64,000 nucleotides of DNA, taken from the NCBI GenBank assembly GCA_965235115.1, contig OZ249445.1:9548001-9612000 (forward strand), written 5' to 3'. This stretch comes from Laetmonice hystrix. Lineage: Eukaryota. Of this stretch, positions 13,567 through 24,800 are shown piece after piece. Under the pieces are notes generated by a model. That model did not search any database and had not been told where the DNA came from. It saw nothing but the letters and a program-made list of their open reading frames with translations. The translations under genes and the position numbers were made by a program. Within the stretch, counting starts at the first letter, position 1. Each line of letters begins with the position of its first letter.

Positions 13567-16500
13567 CTACCACTCATCTCGTTCACAGATGAAGGGGGTC
13601 GGGTGGCGTCCAATCACATCATTCCATCGCGCCGTGCTCCCTCTGTAGAACAAATGAACGAGATCCTCTCCCTTATGGTAGTTCGGTTCGCCACGGTCCC
13701 ACGCCGTGTACGACATCTCTGCCGGGATAGAAGTTGTTTTATTCATGAACAGCTTAACTATACAACAACTTATACCTCTCTGACCGTAAGTATAACCTAA
13801 ATACATGTATTTAGTTGTTGTATAAACTCGGGGGAAAGGTAAATTGAGTGCCAGATAGAAAGGAATACCGAGGAGATTATTCTGCCCAATAATACATTCT
13901 ATGCCATTTATGAAGTATTTTCTGATATCCCATATCGTATGAAATGTTTGCTGGTGACCTGTACCTGTTCCATTATAATACATTCCATGCCATTTATGAA
14001 GTATTTTCTTATATCCCATATCGTATGAAATGTTTGCTGGTGACCTGTACCTGTTCCATTATAATACATTCCATGCCATTTATGAAGTATTTTCTTATAT
14101 CCCATATCGTATGAAATGTTTGCTGGTGACCTGTACCTGTTCCATTATAATACATTCCATGCCATTTATGAAGTATTTTCTGATATCCCATATCGTATGA
14201 AATGTTTGCTGGTGACCTGTACCTGTTCCATTATAATACATTCCATGCCATTTATGAAGTATTTTCTGATATCCCATATCGTATGAAATGTTTGCTGGTG
14301 ACCTGTACCTGTTCCATTATAATACATTCCATGCCATTTATGAAGTATTTTCTTTTATAACACGCCTACTTTCTTTCCTGCGCTCTGATTGGTCGGTTCC
14401 TGGTCACGTAGTCCGAATCAGTTTAATGCTGTCTCATGCTTTACCGGGCAATAGTTGTCGAACTACCGGTATTGCTCATGGGAAAAGGTTCGACAAATCG
14501 TTGCGTGATAGCAATAGGCCTACCTTGCCTGCAGAACTTCTGAGACAATAGCGGACGACACCCAGTCGCCGGGAATCGCTGTTTACTTTTGAATGAAATG
14601 CATCTAGGTAGGGCGTGTTATAAAACACATGTTGACTGGCCTTATTCGGGCAACAGCATAAGTATGCCCGAGGGAAATAGATTGATTTTGGGGTGATCAA
14701 CATGTCCCGAGGGGGGAACAGACGTATGCTGTTGCCCTCTTGACCAGTCAACATGTGTATAATATCCCATATGGTATGAAATGTTTGCTGGTGACCTGTA
14801 CCTGTTCCATCTTCCCACCACCATGTCCTATCAGTTTCCAAGAAACCGCCCGTATAGAATCTCATATAGGAGTTCCGGAGGCCAGCCTTCTTCAACATTC
14901 GGCCAAGGAACTCCTGCTCATCCTTGTCGTTGATTGAGACAAGGGAGGCACCGTTTTCCTGGCAGACGGCGGCGGCAAATGTTCGGTCCCGGCCCCGCTC
15001 AGCAAACACCTGGTACGTGTGACCGTTAAACGGGTACCATTTGGAGGTGTCCTCATCTAATTATCAACATGTGTAAAGGTATTAACATCTGCTGATCTCT
15101 ACCTTTAATTTTTAGTCCTCCTTTGCCAAAATGAGCATACGTGAAATCAACTGGTAGGCGACAAGAGTTAAACTAGAACGGAAAAGGTGTTTCATTTTCC
15201 TTTGCATAAATAAAGAGCAACAGAAAAGCAAAGAGAAAACAAATTTATATTCTCTCGAAAGATTCTCACCAACTTGGCAGAATTGTCCTGAAAACCCATC
15301 CTTACAAGAGCATACAACTTCACCATTCTCGTCAGGGATACAACTTCCACCATTCAGACAGGGCTGACTGTCACACGCTCTAAATACTGGAAGGAAAATC
15401 ACCATTAACACGGTGGCAAAATACAGGACAGTACATGTTCAGAATCACTTTCTATCCTGATTACGGGAACAGGTATGGTTTGTCATTAAAGATTAGGTAA
15501 TGCTAAGGCAAGATGATTGTACATGTAGTAAAACCTGTAGAGTGGTGGGTAGAATGTTCCCAATGAGTTATGGCAAGAAGAGTTACCTTCATGAAGGTGG
15601 GCCTCGCAGATATAGTAGAAGAGGTAGCCATGAAAGACGTCGTTCCAGCCCCACGACGACCCGCTGATCTTCACGCCTATACTGTCCTCAGTCAGACCCG
15701 GCGGACCTTGATTGTTCGGCTCGCGAAAGTTCCACTTTGTATACTGAACGTCCTCTCCTGATCGGAGGAGTCAGTTAGATATGTCAATAACTGTAACCAT
15801 ACATCCCCTGGGTGGCTTATAGTACACCATGCCCCACTTCAGTTCCAACATCGAAACATATCTTCACTATTGGTTAAATACCCTTATCTTGGCCGCCACC
15901 ATTACTGAAGAAACTTTGTATTTTACAGGTCTACCTTTGGTGAAGGGGTTCATGAATCTTACCTGTACTGTTCCATACCCATGTTGTAGAAGATCCAACC
16001 CTCTTCCGTATCCCACTTGTCCAGTACTGAAAATATCGATTTATCGGCAACGTCTCAATGAACTTCTGCTCACTTTCGCTCTCAATATCCACCAGGTGGC
16101 CTCCCCTACGGCTGCAGTCTGCCATAGCGTTCTTCTGAGTTAGCGAATAGAAGTTGTTGAGGAAGTAACACTTCCTGTTGTGGAGTTCCCAGCCAGAAGG
16201 ACAGAGTGGCGTCGCTTCTGGGTTCTCACAGTCGACTCGGACAGGGTTCTCTTCATCGACATACCATTCGGCGTTACACTGCTCACAGGGATCGGGTCTG
16301 CAATAAGTGATGTCAAGTCCCCCATATTATCAGTTTAACACAGTATACAGTTTTTCTTATTAGTATATTTTCCCTTATAGAAAGGGTGGTAATTTACCTG
16401 CAGAAAGCCGTGGGAAAGGCTGGACAGACAGCATCAATACAAGGGTCCTTATCACAGTCCTCGTTTGAACAATCTGGAATTTATATAGCAATGTAGAAAT

Positions 16501-17549
16501 GAACAAGGTATATACAATCGTTTCTTACTTTGTTTATGCTAACTTATAGCAAAACAAATGAACTTAGCATAAACACTGCCTGCAATCTGCCCGACGACTG
16601 ATATATCTGGACCGTTATTATGAGTAGTGCTAATGGCGCGCCCAGTGCCTGCTCAGAAATTACAAATGTAGTCAATTTCAAGTATGCCATGTAGTTAACT
16701 AGCCTATTTCGTCGAGTCAATCACAATCAACACTTACTGCCTACATGATTATTACTATAGGCCGACGTACTCCGACTGGTATGCATCGGTTTACCCCTAT
16801 ATATTAATATACTATACTATACAACCCCTAATCAACGTCAGCGGTTAATGGCCGGGGGGGGGGGGGGGCTGTATGGTCCCTGTATGGTAAATAACTCGAA
16901 GGGCCAATGACCATAGTTATTGGTCCCATCTAAATTACCATAATGAGTGTTATCATCTCATTCTATCCCATCAATATAACTCTGCATATTGCACCATGCA
17001 GCTGTAATTGGAGGGTTACCATACTTTGGAGTTGAGGTGAACATTGAATTCCCACATTTTTCTTCTTTCTTCCTTCTCTTCTTTCCACGAGACTGTTACA
17101 GAAACAAGTATTTCTCCCCTGTTCTATCAATAATACCTCAGTTATCTGGACTGGCCACAGGCTATGCCCAGGTAAAGGTTTCTAGCAACGACTTTATGAG
17201 TTCAACTCTAAAATTACTGTAGTGTAATGTAAAACATCCTTTCTACATATTACCAGCTAAAATCACATTCCTACAACTAATACAAAGAAAAACTTATTAT
17301 AAACTCCGCATATTCGTAGTTTATCTTTTATGTCTGGTTGCGTTTAAATATATATTTGGTGAACTTCCAATATTCAACCTTATATATGGCTACAAAATAG
17401 ACCTAAGTGAAAGATGACCAACCTGCGCTGCCTTCACAATCCTCATCACTCAGATCTCTCGCTGTCTGTATCTGTCTGGCCATAACTAGGTACGTGTACC
17501 GAGCCGTGGTCAGAACAAACATGGCGAGCAGAACTTTACAGTACGCCAT
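13567..17549 (-). CDS. Secreted C-type lectin/EGF protein, paralog B (same architecture; 410 aa)
   Basis: Exons 17423-17549, 16398-16473, 15963-16297, 15587-15757, 15270-15386, 14802-15056, 13567-13718 (1233 nt, phase-consistent). Signal peptide MAYCKVLLAMFVLTTA; REPNN/WND; EGF CDSQPCLNGGSC; GEPN/WND/FICE; ends CERDEW*. Confidence 0.85.
13889..14353. repeat. 86-bp tandem repeat, about 5.4 copies, containing copies of the upstream exon's 5' splice site
   Basis: Period 86 (repeated ORF starts at 14019, 14105, 14191, 14277). The unit includes TATCCCATATCGTATGAAATGTTTGCTGGTGACCTGTACCTGTTCCAT, which matches 14763-14810. Confidence 0.95.
14355..14762. mobile_element. Foldback / non-autonomous DNA element with nested inverted repeats (possibly Crypton-like or MITE)
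   Basis: Inverted pairs: TTATAACACGCC 14355-14366 / 14612-14623; ACACATGTTGACTGG 14625-14639 / 14744-14758; GGGCAACAGCATA 14648-14660 / 14725-14737. Confidence 0.55.
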
Positions 17550-18160
17550 GGTATCAAAAAAAAGTTACAAAAACCGGCCGCGTCTGTAACTCCCACAGAA
17601 TGTGCTCCAAACGTGGTACCTCCACGCTATATATATACGTCTATTAGCTGGTATTCAGGAGCGATCGTTACTAATGGTTGATACACAAATATCCATTACA
17701 ATCATATATTTAATATATATAATTATATATAATGGGAGTTCACAACTATTTTTTAATCATAAAAAACCATTAGGTTTGGAGATCCGGGCAGTGGCTCAGC
17801 AGAGAATGACTTCATTAATTAACCTGTATATGTATATGACCTTCCAGTGCAGGGAGGTCGGGGCTTTGATGGGGAACATGGGAATATATATCATTTTCGT
17901 TCTTTTCAAAAATAGAATGAACTTTGCTTCTATTCATCCCTGGTTAGTATAGATAGTTCACAGTGCTCTGCAGACAACCCCTTTAACACAAATTTCCAGG
18001 TTAAAAAAATATTTACAACTTAAAAGACCGACACCTGATTTACAAGAAGCCTTTTGAAGAAAGCGTTATTTAGCTAAACAAATCGCAGTCCTTTATTACG
18101 ACATAAAGATGTAAGTTTCCAGGCGTGAGATGTCGTGTGTCAGGATGACCTGAGCGTATT

Positions 18161-21100
18161 CTACCACTCATTTCGTTCACAGATGAAGGCGGTCGGGTAG
18201 ATCCCGATTATATCGTTCCATCGCCACGACCTCCCCTTGAAGATCATCTGGACTTTGTTCTCTCCATTATGATAATTCGGTTCGCCACTCCCCCACGACG
18301 TGTACGTCATCTCTGTGGAAAAACGGTGTCGATCTTCTTTTAAAATGTGCTTCATACTTTAATATGCACACAATGTGAAGGTATGTAAAGGTTTACTTTT
18401 ATATTGTATGTCAAATCCAACCCTTGGTGGCAAATAAACTTTAACCAATNNNNNNNNNNNNNNNNNNNNNNNNNNNNNNNNNNNNNNNNNNNNNNNNNNN
18501 NNNNNNNNNNNNNNNNNNNNNNNNNNNNNNNNNNNNNNNNNNNNNNNNNNNNNNNNNNNNNNNNNNNNNNNNNNNNNNNGTGAGTGAGTGGGTGTGTGAG
18601 TGAGTGGGGTGAGTGAGTGAGTGAGTGGGGAGTGAGTGAGTGAGTGAGTGAGTGAGTGGGGGGAGTGAGTGAGTGAGTGAGCGAGTGACTGAGTGGGGGG
18701 GAGTGAGTGAGTGGGTGTGTGAGTGAGTGAGTGGGTGAGTGAGTGAGTGAGGGTGAGTGAGTGAGGGTGAGTNNNNNNNNNNNNNNNNNNNNNNNNNNNN
18801 NNNNNNNNNNNNNNNNNNNNNNNNNNNNNNNNNNNNNNNNNNNNNNNNNNNNNNNNNNNNNNNNNNNNNNNNNNNNNNNNNNNNNNNNNNNNNNNNNNNN
18901 NNNNNNNNNNNNNNNNNNNNNNNNNGCCCTGTCGACAGTATTTCAGTCATATTCAGGGCGACAGTTCAGTCAATTCAGTCAATAGACCTATTTTACCCCC
19001 GAGTTCCTGGGGGTGGGTGGTGATGAGGATGAAGTGAGAAAGAAACTTGTCACCGGGAGACAATCCCCTACTCTTGCCGAAAAATGACAAGGGCTCTTTT
19101 ATATGCCTATAGTCGCACAGACACGGTTGGACATACTAAAGTCTTTGATGACCCAGTTGCGGAGCACTGGAGAGAGCCAGTGAGAAAAATGGTTCTGGAA
19201 GGATGGAAATCCATCTGTACCACACAGATGACTTTGCAATCCGAAACCTGACCATTCCCCACACCAGTCCTCGCCCCATTTGTCGCCTCTTACGAACAGC
19301 CAGGGGTTGAGCTAAGGATCATTCTTACCCCTGATCCCCAAGGGGAGTGAAGGTATATACAGCATGTGAAAACAATTATTAAATGTTGGTGGCGACCTTT
19401 TATAACATCTAGCCTCACTGACACTACAAGTAAACATTCAGACCTGTTCCGTCTTCCCACTGCCATTTCTTGCCAGTGCCAAGGAACCCGCCCGTGTGGA
19501 AGGCCGTGTAGGAGTTCTGGAGGTCAGCCTTATTCAGGATACGGCCAAGGAACTCCTGCTCCTGCCTATCGTTGATGGAGACAAGGGAGGCACCGTTTTC
19601 CTGGCAGACGGCGGCGGCAAATGTTCGGTCCCGGCCCCGCTCAGCAAACATCTGGTACGTGTGACCGTTAAACGGGTACCATTTGGAGGTGTCCTCATCT
19701 GGTTTGGAAAGATACTTCATTTATCTGCCACAGACACAATATAGAGATATTTACACAGATGTAAATTGACTTCACTTCTATTGCACATCAGTTTCAACAG
19801 TTACATTGGGCAGTGATGTATGCTGTCTTACCTACCAACATCGCAGAAATCCCCTGAAAATCCGTTTGCACAGGAACACTGGACCCCACCGTTATCGCCG
19901 GGGACACAATTTCCACCGTTAAGACACGGCTGACTATCACATCCGGTGAACGCTGCATGGAGAATACAAGAGTTAATATTATTATTACTCGTATCCAACC
20001 TTTTCTTGTCTACAGCTGATATATCTTACCATTTATCAAGTACATTGTACGTCTACATTATCTGCACTATTGTTGAGACAGAAAAATCATAGCTTCACTG
20101 CGAAATTATTCATAAACTAAAGGGGTAGAGGTTTTTATAAGAAAAGCTTTACCTTGCCCAAGTTCGGCCTCACAGATAGAGTAGAAGAGGTAACCATTGA
20201 ATACATCGTTCCATCCCCACGAGGACGCTTTCTTCAGGTCTATCGCGTCCTCCCTGGTGCCCGCGGGCCCCTCGTTGTTTGGCTCGTGACGGTTCCAATT
20301 CCTATACTGAAGAGCTTTCCCTAAAAGGTTAAGTAAACATCAAAGGCATAAGGCGTACTTCGAGACGTAATGAAGGGAAGGGTTGGGCAACTTACTAGTT
20401 TATAAAATCAATAGAGACTTTCTCTGGGGGGTTGGCACATCAGGATGCTTTCTCTCCCCCCCCCCCATTTCTTTTTCAACATCAGAGAACTCTCCAGTAC
20501 TCTGGGTCTGTGCCATTCTACGGTCCTGCCCTAAACATGATTATATTTCTGCATCCTATTCCTCCGTTTAAAGCTATATAAGTTGCCGAGGTGCGATTAT
20601 AACGAACTACATTGCGAAATATTGTCTGCATTGTATATTGAACCTTACCTGTGCTGTTCCATAGCCATGTTGAGGATGACCCAAGCCTCTTCCGAACCCC
20701 ACTTGTCCAGTACTGAAGATGTCTATTTAACGGCAACGTTTGGAGGAATTCCTGCTCACTTTCGCTCTCAATAGCCACCAGGTGGCCTCCCCTACGGCTG
20801 CAGTCTGCCATAGCGTTCTTCTGAGTTAGCGAATAGAAGTTGTTGAGGAAGTAACACTTCCTGTTGTGGAGTTCCCAGCCAGAAGGACAGAGTGGCGTCG
20901 CTTCTGGGTTCTCACAGTCGACTCGGACAGGGTTCTCTACATCGACATACCATTCGACGTTACACCCTTCACAGAAATTGGGCCTGAAATAAGTGATGTT
21001 GACATTGATATGGAGGAAAATACTTTGCAATATACTGCAAAATACTTTGCAATGTTATCAGTGAGACCGTACTTTGCTGCAGGTAAAGTAAGTGAAAATA

Positions 21101-21554
21101 AGCGGATGATTTGGAATACAAGGCGAAGACTTTGTACATCTACCTGCAGAAAGCGTCTTTGAAGGCGGGACACTCTGCATTATCACATGGATCCTCGACA
21201 CAGTTTGATGAAGAGGGATCCGAGCAATCTGCCAACAGAAAGCACCACAATTATTAGTACACATGTACCATGGTCGTACCTTTCTTAGTATCTCCAGCAA
21301 AATGGTCCCTACCGACAGGATTGGTAAGAAGAACGTTCTATTAGTTATAAAGACACTAGCAGCCTGCCTTTTCTAAAATTCAGTAATTGCCAACAAAATG
21401 ATGTCTCCTTGAAAAACAAGACAATTCTCTTACCATTTTATACAATAAAATACCTACCTTTGCTGTCATCGACCTCTCTATATAGAAGCCGTGCCGTTGT
21501 CAAAGTCACCGCCAGGAATACCAAGAAAAAAGGGCGGGAAGAGAAAGCCATCAT
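18161..21554 (-). CDS. Secreted C-type lectin/EGF protein, paralog A (signal peptide, Cys-rich module, CTLD, EGF, CTLD; 402 aa)
   Basis: Exons 21458-21554, 21144-21228, 20649-20983, 20153-20320, 19836-19952, 19444-19698, 18161-18312 (1209 nt, GT-AG, phase-consistent). Motifs: CPSGWELHNRKCY, HEPNN, WGWND, ICE; EGF CDSQPCLNGGNC; second CTLD GEPN, WND, FICE. The last intron contains assembly gaps. Confidence 0.85.
18580..18772. repeat. (TGAG)n microsatellite between two assembly gaps
   Basis: Imperfect TGAG run flanked by N-runs. Confidence 0.9.
18997..19285 (-). mobile_element. SINE-like element, Nin-domain-like core, in the last intron of lectin paralog A
   Basis: Minus strand CTGGGTCATCAAAGAC…GTATGTCCAACCGTGTCTGT…GCATATAAAAGAGCCCTTG resembles the Nin-type SINE core as I recall it; family assignment unverified. 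Confidence 0.45.
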
Positions 21555-23091
21555 TGCTCAAAACGTGAAAACGTCGTCTGCTTTAGTGTTCGGTGCTCTT
21601 TACACGGCAGACAGAAGGTTATATGCTGTGTCATTAGCCTTTTATTTGTGCTACTATCCGGGCCATCCGATGGTTGGGCGCATGAGCACTGTGAAGATTA
21701 CTGTCATTAACGTTAACAAGGAGGGCACAATTACACCCAATGGTACGAGTATTTTTCATGTACCCACATATTTAGTCATAGACGTTTCTGCCCTTGTTTT
21801 GCAAGTGATCATACAGACCTACTTGGCAATAACGTCTTTTTAAATTTGTAAATTCAAATAAAACGGGGTATTCTGGATCACTTTATGAAGAGTTAATTCA
21901 GATGTGTTTGGACTTGGTTGGCTGTAAGCTTAAAGTTATGAGAACAAATTGTCTGTGGCGTCATCACCTAATACTTTCGCACCCGGTTTCCCAAGTGAGA
22001 CCGAGAGGCGGCCCTTTTTACAGTGACTTTATTAAGCCACAGTCGGCTTTGAACCTGATCATTATGAACTGGGTCACTACCTATCATTATTGTCACTAGC
22101 CTCATCCAGTCGGCCTTTATACTCGCAAAAAGGATTCCCATGTGAAATGTAGGTCAGTAATACATATAAAACATGGCAACGCCAACTCGAAATGACCATT
22201 TCTAAAAGTCAATACACACTATTTGATGATTCGTTAGATTGGTAATACGTCAGCAACGGATCGTCTGCAACCCATCGACGCCTTAGACTACATAAATCAA
22301 TAAATATACCTACAGAAATGGGAAAATCTAATGAAATTCAACATTCCAGTTGCCTGTTACGTGTAGTCATCGGTTAATCGCCCAGGATAAACAAAAAATG
22401 GTGATCAAAACAGAACAGACTAACAAGATGGGAATATGCTTAAATTACTTTAAGTTATTTCTGTTCGGAAAAAGTATGAAAATGTACCCATCACTATTAA
22501 TCGGCCCACGCGCTTAATATTTGGGAGGGGGAGAGGGGTGAACCATGACCATGCCCCCCCACCCCTTTCCCACACCACTGTTGACCCTTTATCTTATCAA
22601 ATACCTGATATTAAAGACATTCATCCCAAAATAACTAATAACAAACGTCACATGTGTGTGCAGGTATGATTATAAATCAGGAGAATGATTACACATTGCC
22701 GTGACAGGACTGAGAGATCTTAGGCTGCCAAAACTACACCCAGAGGATGGAGGACACCTCATCTCAAAGACACAGTATGTATAATTTACAATCATGGTGT
22801 GGGGTCGGGCAATTCAGGGCCAGGTGGTGAAACAATAATATTCTGTGTATGGAATATCTAGAAAGGCCAAAGTCTCTATGGGGGGGAGGAGAGCTCGTAA
22901 GCTATGGGTGCGGAATTGGCGCTGCATAATCTTTAAATCCCACCTTTTATTGGAATTTTAGAGAAGCGGAAGTCATGCGATGTTCCGTTCTATTCAAACC
23001 TTCCAAAACAAACTGGTTTTACAATTAATGTCTACATAATATTCTAATACATACATATCAGATTTGAACTTTTGGCCTTAAAATTTTACAG

Positions 23092-24399
23092 TCAACTGAT
23101 AAAAAGAAGAATGTAAGTTATGGAGTATAGAATAAAGGGTCCAAGGAGAAGGTGCTGGGTACGGGAGCCCGAGTGGTCGGAATCCAACACCATGGCAGCC
23201 ACCGTGTCCCAAGTACCGTTATTGGGCAGTGCTTCAATCCCAACAATATGGCACATTAGCTGGTACAACTCGGTGTTTTTAATTGGGGGACCCGTGAAGT
23301 TCGTTCTGAAGCTTGGACCGAACGCCACAAATATACCCGCCATGTCGGGGTCATCTGGTGCGTATCCATGGTGATATCTGGGACGCTCCACCTGCTGCCC
23401 GGGCAAGAAGAACGCCCAAGGTTGCTTGGCGACGATAACAATAGGAGGAATTCGGGCATTGTTTCTGAAGTGGTACTCTTCCGGCATCGTGTCTCGGTTA
23501 TAAACATCGAAACTTTCGCGTTTTCCTTTCATTGCCTCATACACCGAATCTTCCCGTCCTTCCTTTGGCCAGAGATGCATAATGACTTCCTTGCCGTTGT
23601 TGAAATACCTGTGGAGGTCGGCGTTGACGTCGATGAAGTCGTCGAGTTGGATGACGGTTTGGTTGGAGGTAGGAATGGTCGACATGCCGTGATCAGATAC
23701 CAGGATGAGATTCACGTCCTCCGCCCCGCTCGTACTCAGGAGGAACTCATGGAGCCTGCCCAGCTCACCACTCACAAACGTCAAGTCCTCCTCCACCTCA
23801 GCACTCCCAGGGCCATGACGGTGGCCTGCCGTGTCAATGTGCTCAAAGTAAATGGCCATCAAATCGCTGGCGTCTGTGTCAATTAGCTCCATGACCTTAT
23901 CGATAGCGTCCGTGAAGTTCTGTCTGGACGGCCTCAGCTTGTAGTCGTATGGTTGACAGAAGTCCGGCAGCAGGCCCCTGATCTTCACCCGCCAGTTGGG
24001 CCAGTAAAACATATGGGTCCGTTTACCTTGGCGGCGGGCCGAGATCCACAACGGTTCCGCCTCCTCCCACCAGTAGGAGAGTAAGGACTCGGGGTTCTTC
24101 CCGATAAGGAAGCTTTGATTGTGGACAGCATCGTACATAAAGTTATGGATCATGCCGTGGCTCTCGGGGTACAGGCCCGTCATGATGCTGTAGTAGTTGG
24201 TGTAGGACACAGTCGGGAAGGCCGGGATCAACTTCTCCGCCCGAACGCCGCTCTGGATTATCCGTTGTAATCCGTCATGTTCCGGTTTGAAGTAATCCCA
24301 CTTGAATCCGTCCAGGAGAACCACGATAAGTTTCTGGTTCTGTTCTCCACCGCTGGCTGCGCTAACAAAGAAAACAAAGAGAATGAAGAGACGTATCAT
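23092..24399 (-). CDS. ENPP6: Ectonucleotide pyrophosphatase/phosphodiesterase, ENPP6-like (glycerophosphocholine cholinephosphodiesterase-like); secreted, probably GPI-anchored; single coding exon
   Basis: 435-aa ORF with a signal peptide (MIRLFILFVFFVSAASG). Alkaline-phosphatase-superfamily metal ligands are present (LDGF, EHIDTAGH, SDHG, HHGY). The nucleophile position holds Ser (PTVSYTNYYS), as in ENPP6 rather than the Thr of other ENPPs. Hydrophobic C-terminal tail. Confidence 0.85.
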   Translation of the reverse strand: MIRLFILFVFFVSAASGGEQNQKLIVVLLDGFKWDYFKPEHDGLQRIIQSGVRAEKLIPAFPTVSYTNYYSIMTGLYPESHGMIHNFMYDAVHNQSFLIGKNPESLLSYWWEEAEPLWISARRQGKRTHMFYWPNWRVKIRGLLPDFCQPYDYKLRPSRQNFTDAIDKVMELIDTDASDLMAIYFEHIDTAGHRHGPGSAEVEEDLTFVSGELGRLHEFLLSTSGAEDVNLILVSDHGMSTIPTSNQTVIQLDDFIDVNADLHRYFNNGKEVIMHLWPKEGREDSVYEAMKGKRESFDVYNRDTMPEEYHFRNNARIPPIVIVAKQPWAFFLPGQQVERPRYHHGYAPDDPDMAGIFVAFGPSFRTNFTGPPIKNTELYQLMCHIVGIEALPNNGTWDTVAAMVLDSDHSGSRTQHLLLGPFILYSITYILLFIS

Positions 24400-24610
24400 G
24401 ATAACTGGTGGAGTTTCCCTCTGTTTGCAGTTGATCCCCCTACCAGGTGAGCCGCAGTCAGCGCACGTCGGCCGGAGGACCCACCAGCTGGCCTATATAC
24501 AATGTAGTAATGTATTTCTGTTGGCTTCTCACCTACACCTGTCCCCCGATTCTCCATGGTAGAGGATCACCTTACTCGTTCCAGCTGGGTCTATACTATA
24601 CCGTCTAGAA

Positions 24611-24800
24611 TACTTGAAAGAGCTGGGGGGGCTCATACCTGAAAGAGGTGTATGGGGGGGAGGGGGGTTCATGTGGTGTATGTGGGGGGGGGGGGAGGGG
24701 GGCTCATACTTGAAAGAGGTGTATGTGTGTGTGTGTGGGGGGGGGGGGGGGCTCATACTTGAAAGAGGTGTGTATGTCGGGGGGGGGGGGGGGGGGGCTC
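24611..24800. repeat. G-run-interspersed repeat (CATACTTGAAAGAGGTGTATG + poly-G), upstream of the ENPP6-like gene
   Basis: About four copies of the TACTTGAAAGAG core separated by G-runs of 7 to 20 nt. Confidence 0.8.

Noticed and set aside
21280-21308. 29-nt extra exon in lectin paralog A using an alternative donor of exon 1
   Set aside because: It is phase-compatible only with a shifted donor and leaves a 51-nt intron; the simpler model is complete without it.
13567-21554. Lectin duplication as a haplotype or assembly artefact (N-gaps nearby)
   Set aside because: Introns, signal exons and ligand-binding exons are far too diverged, with indels, to be alleles.
23368-23886. 172-aa plus-strand ORF
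   Set aside because: Antisense shadow of the ENPP6-like CDS.
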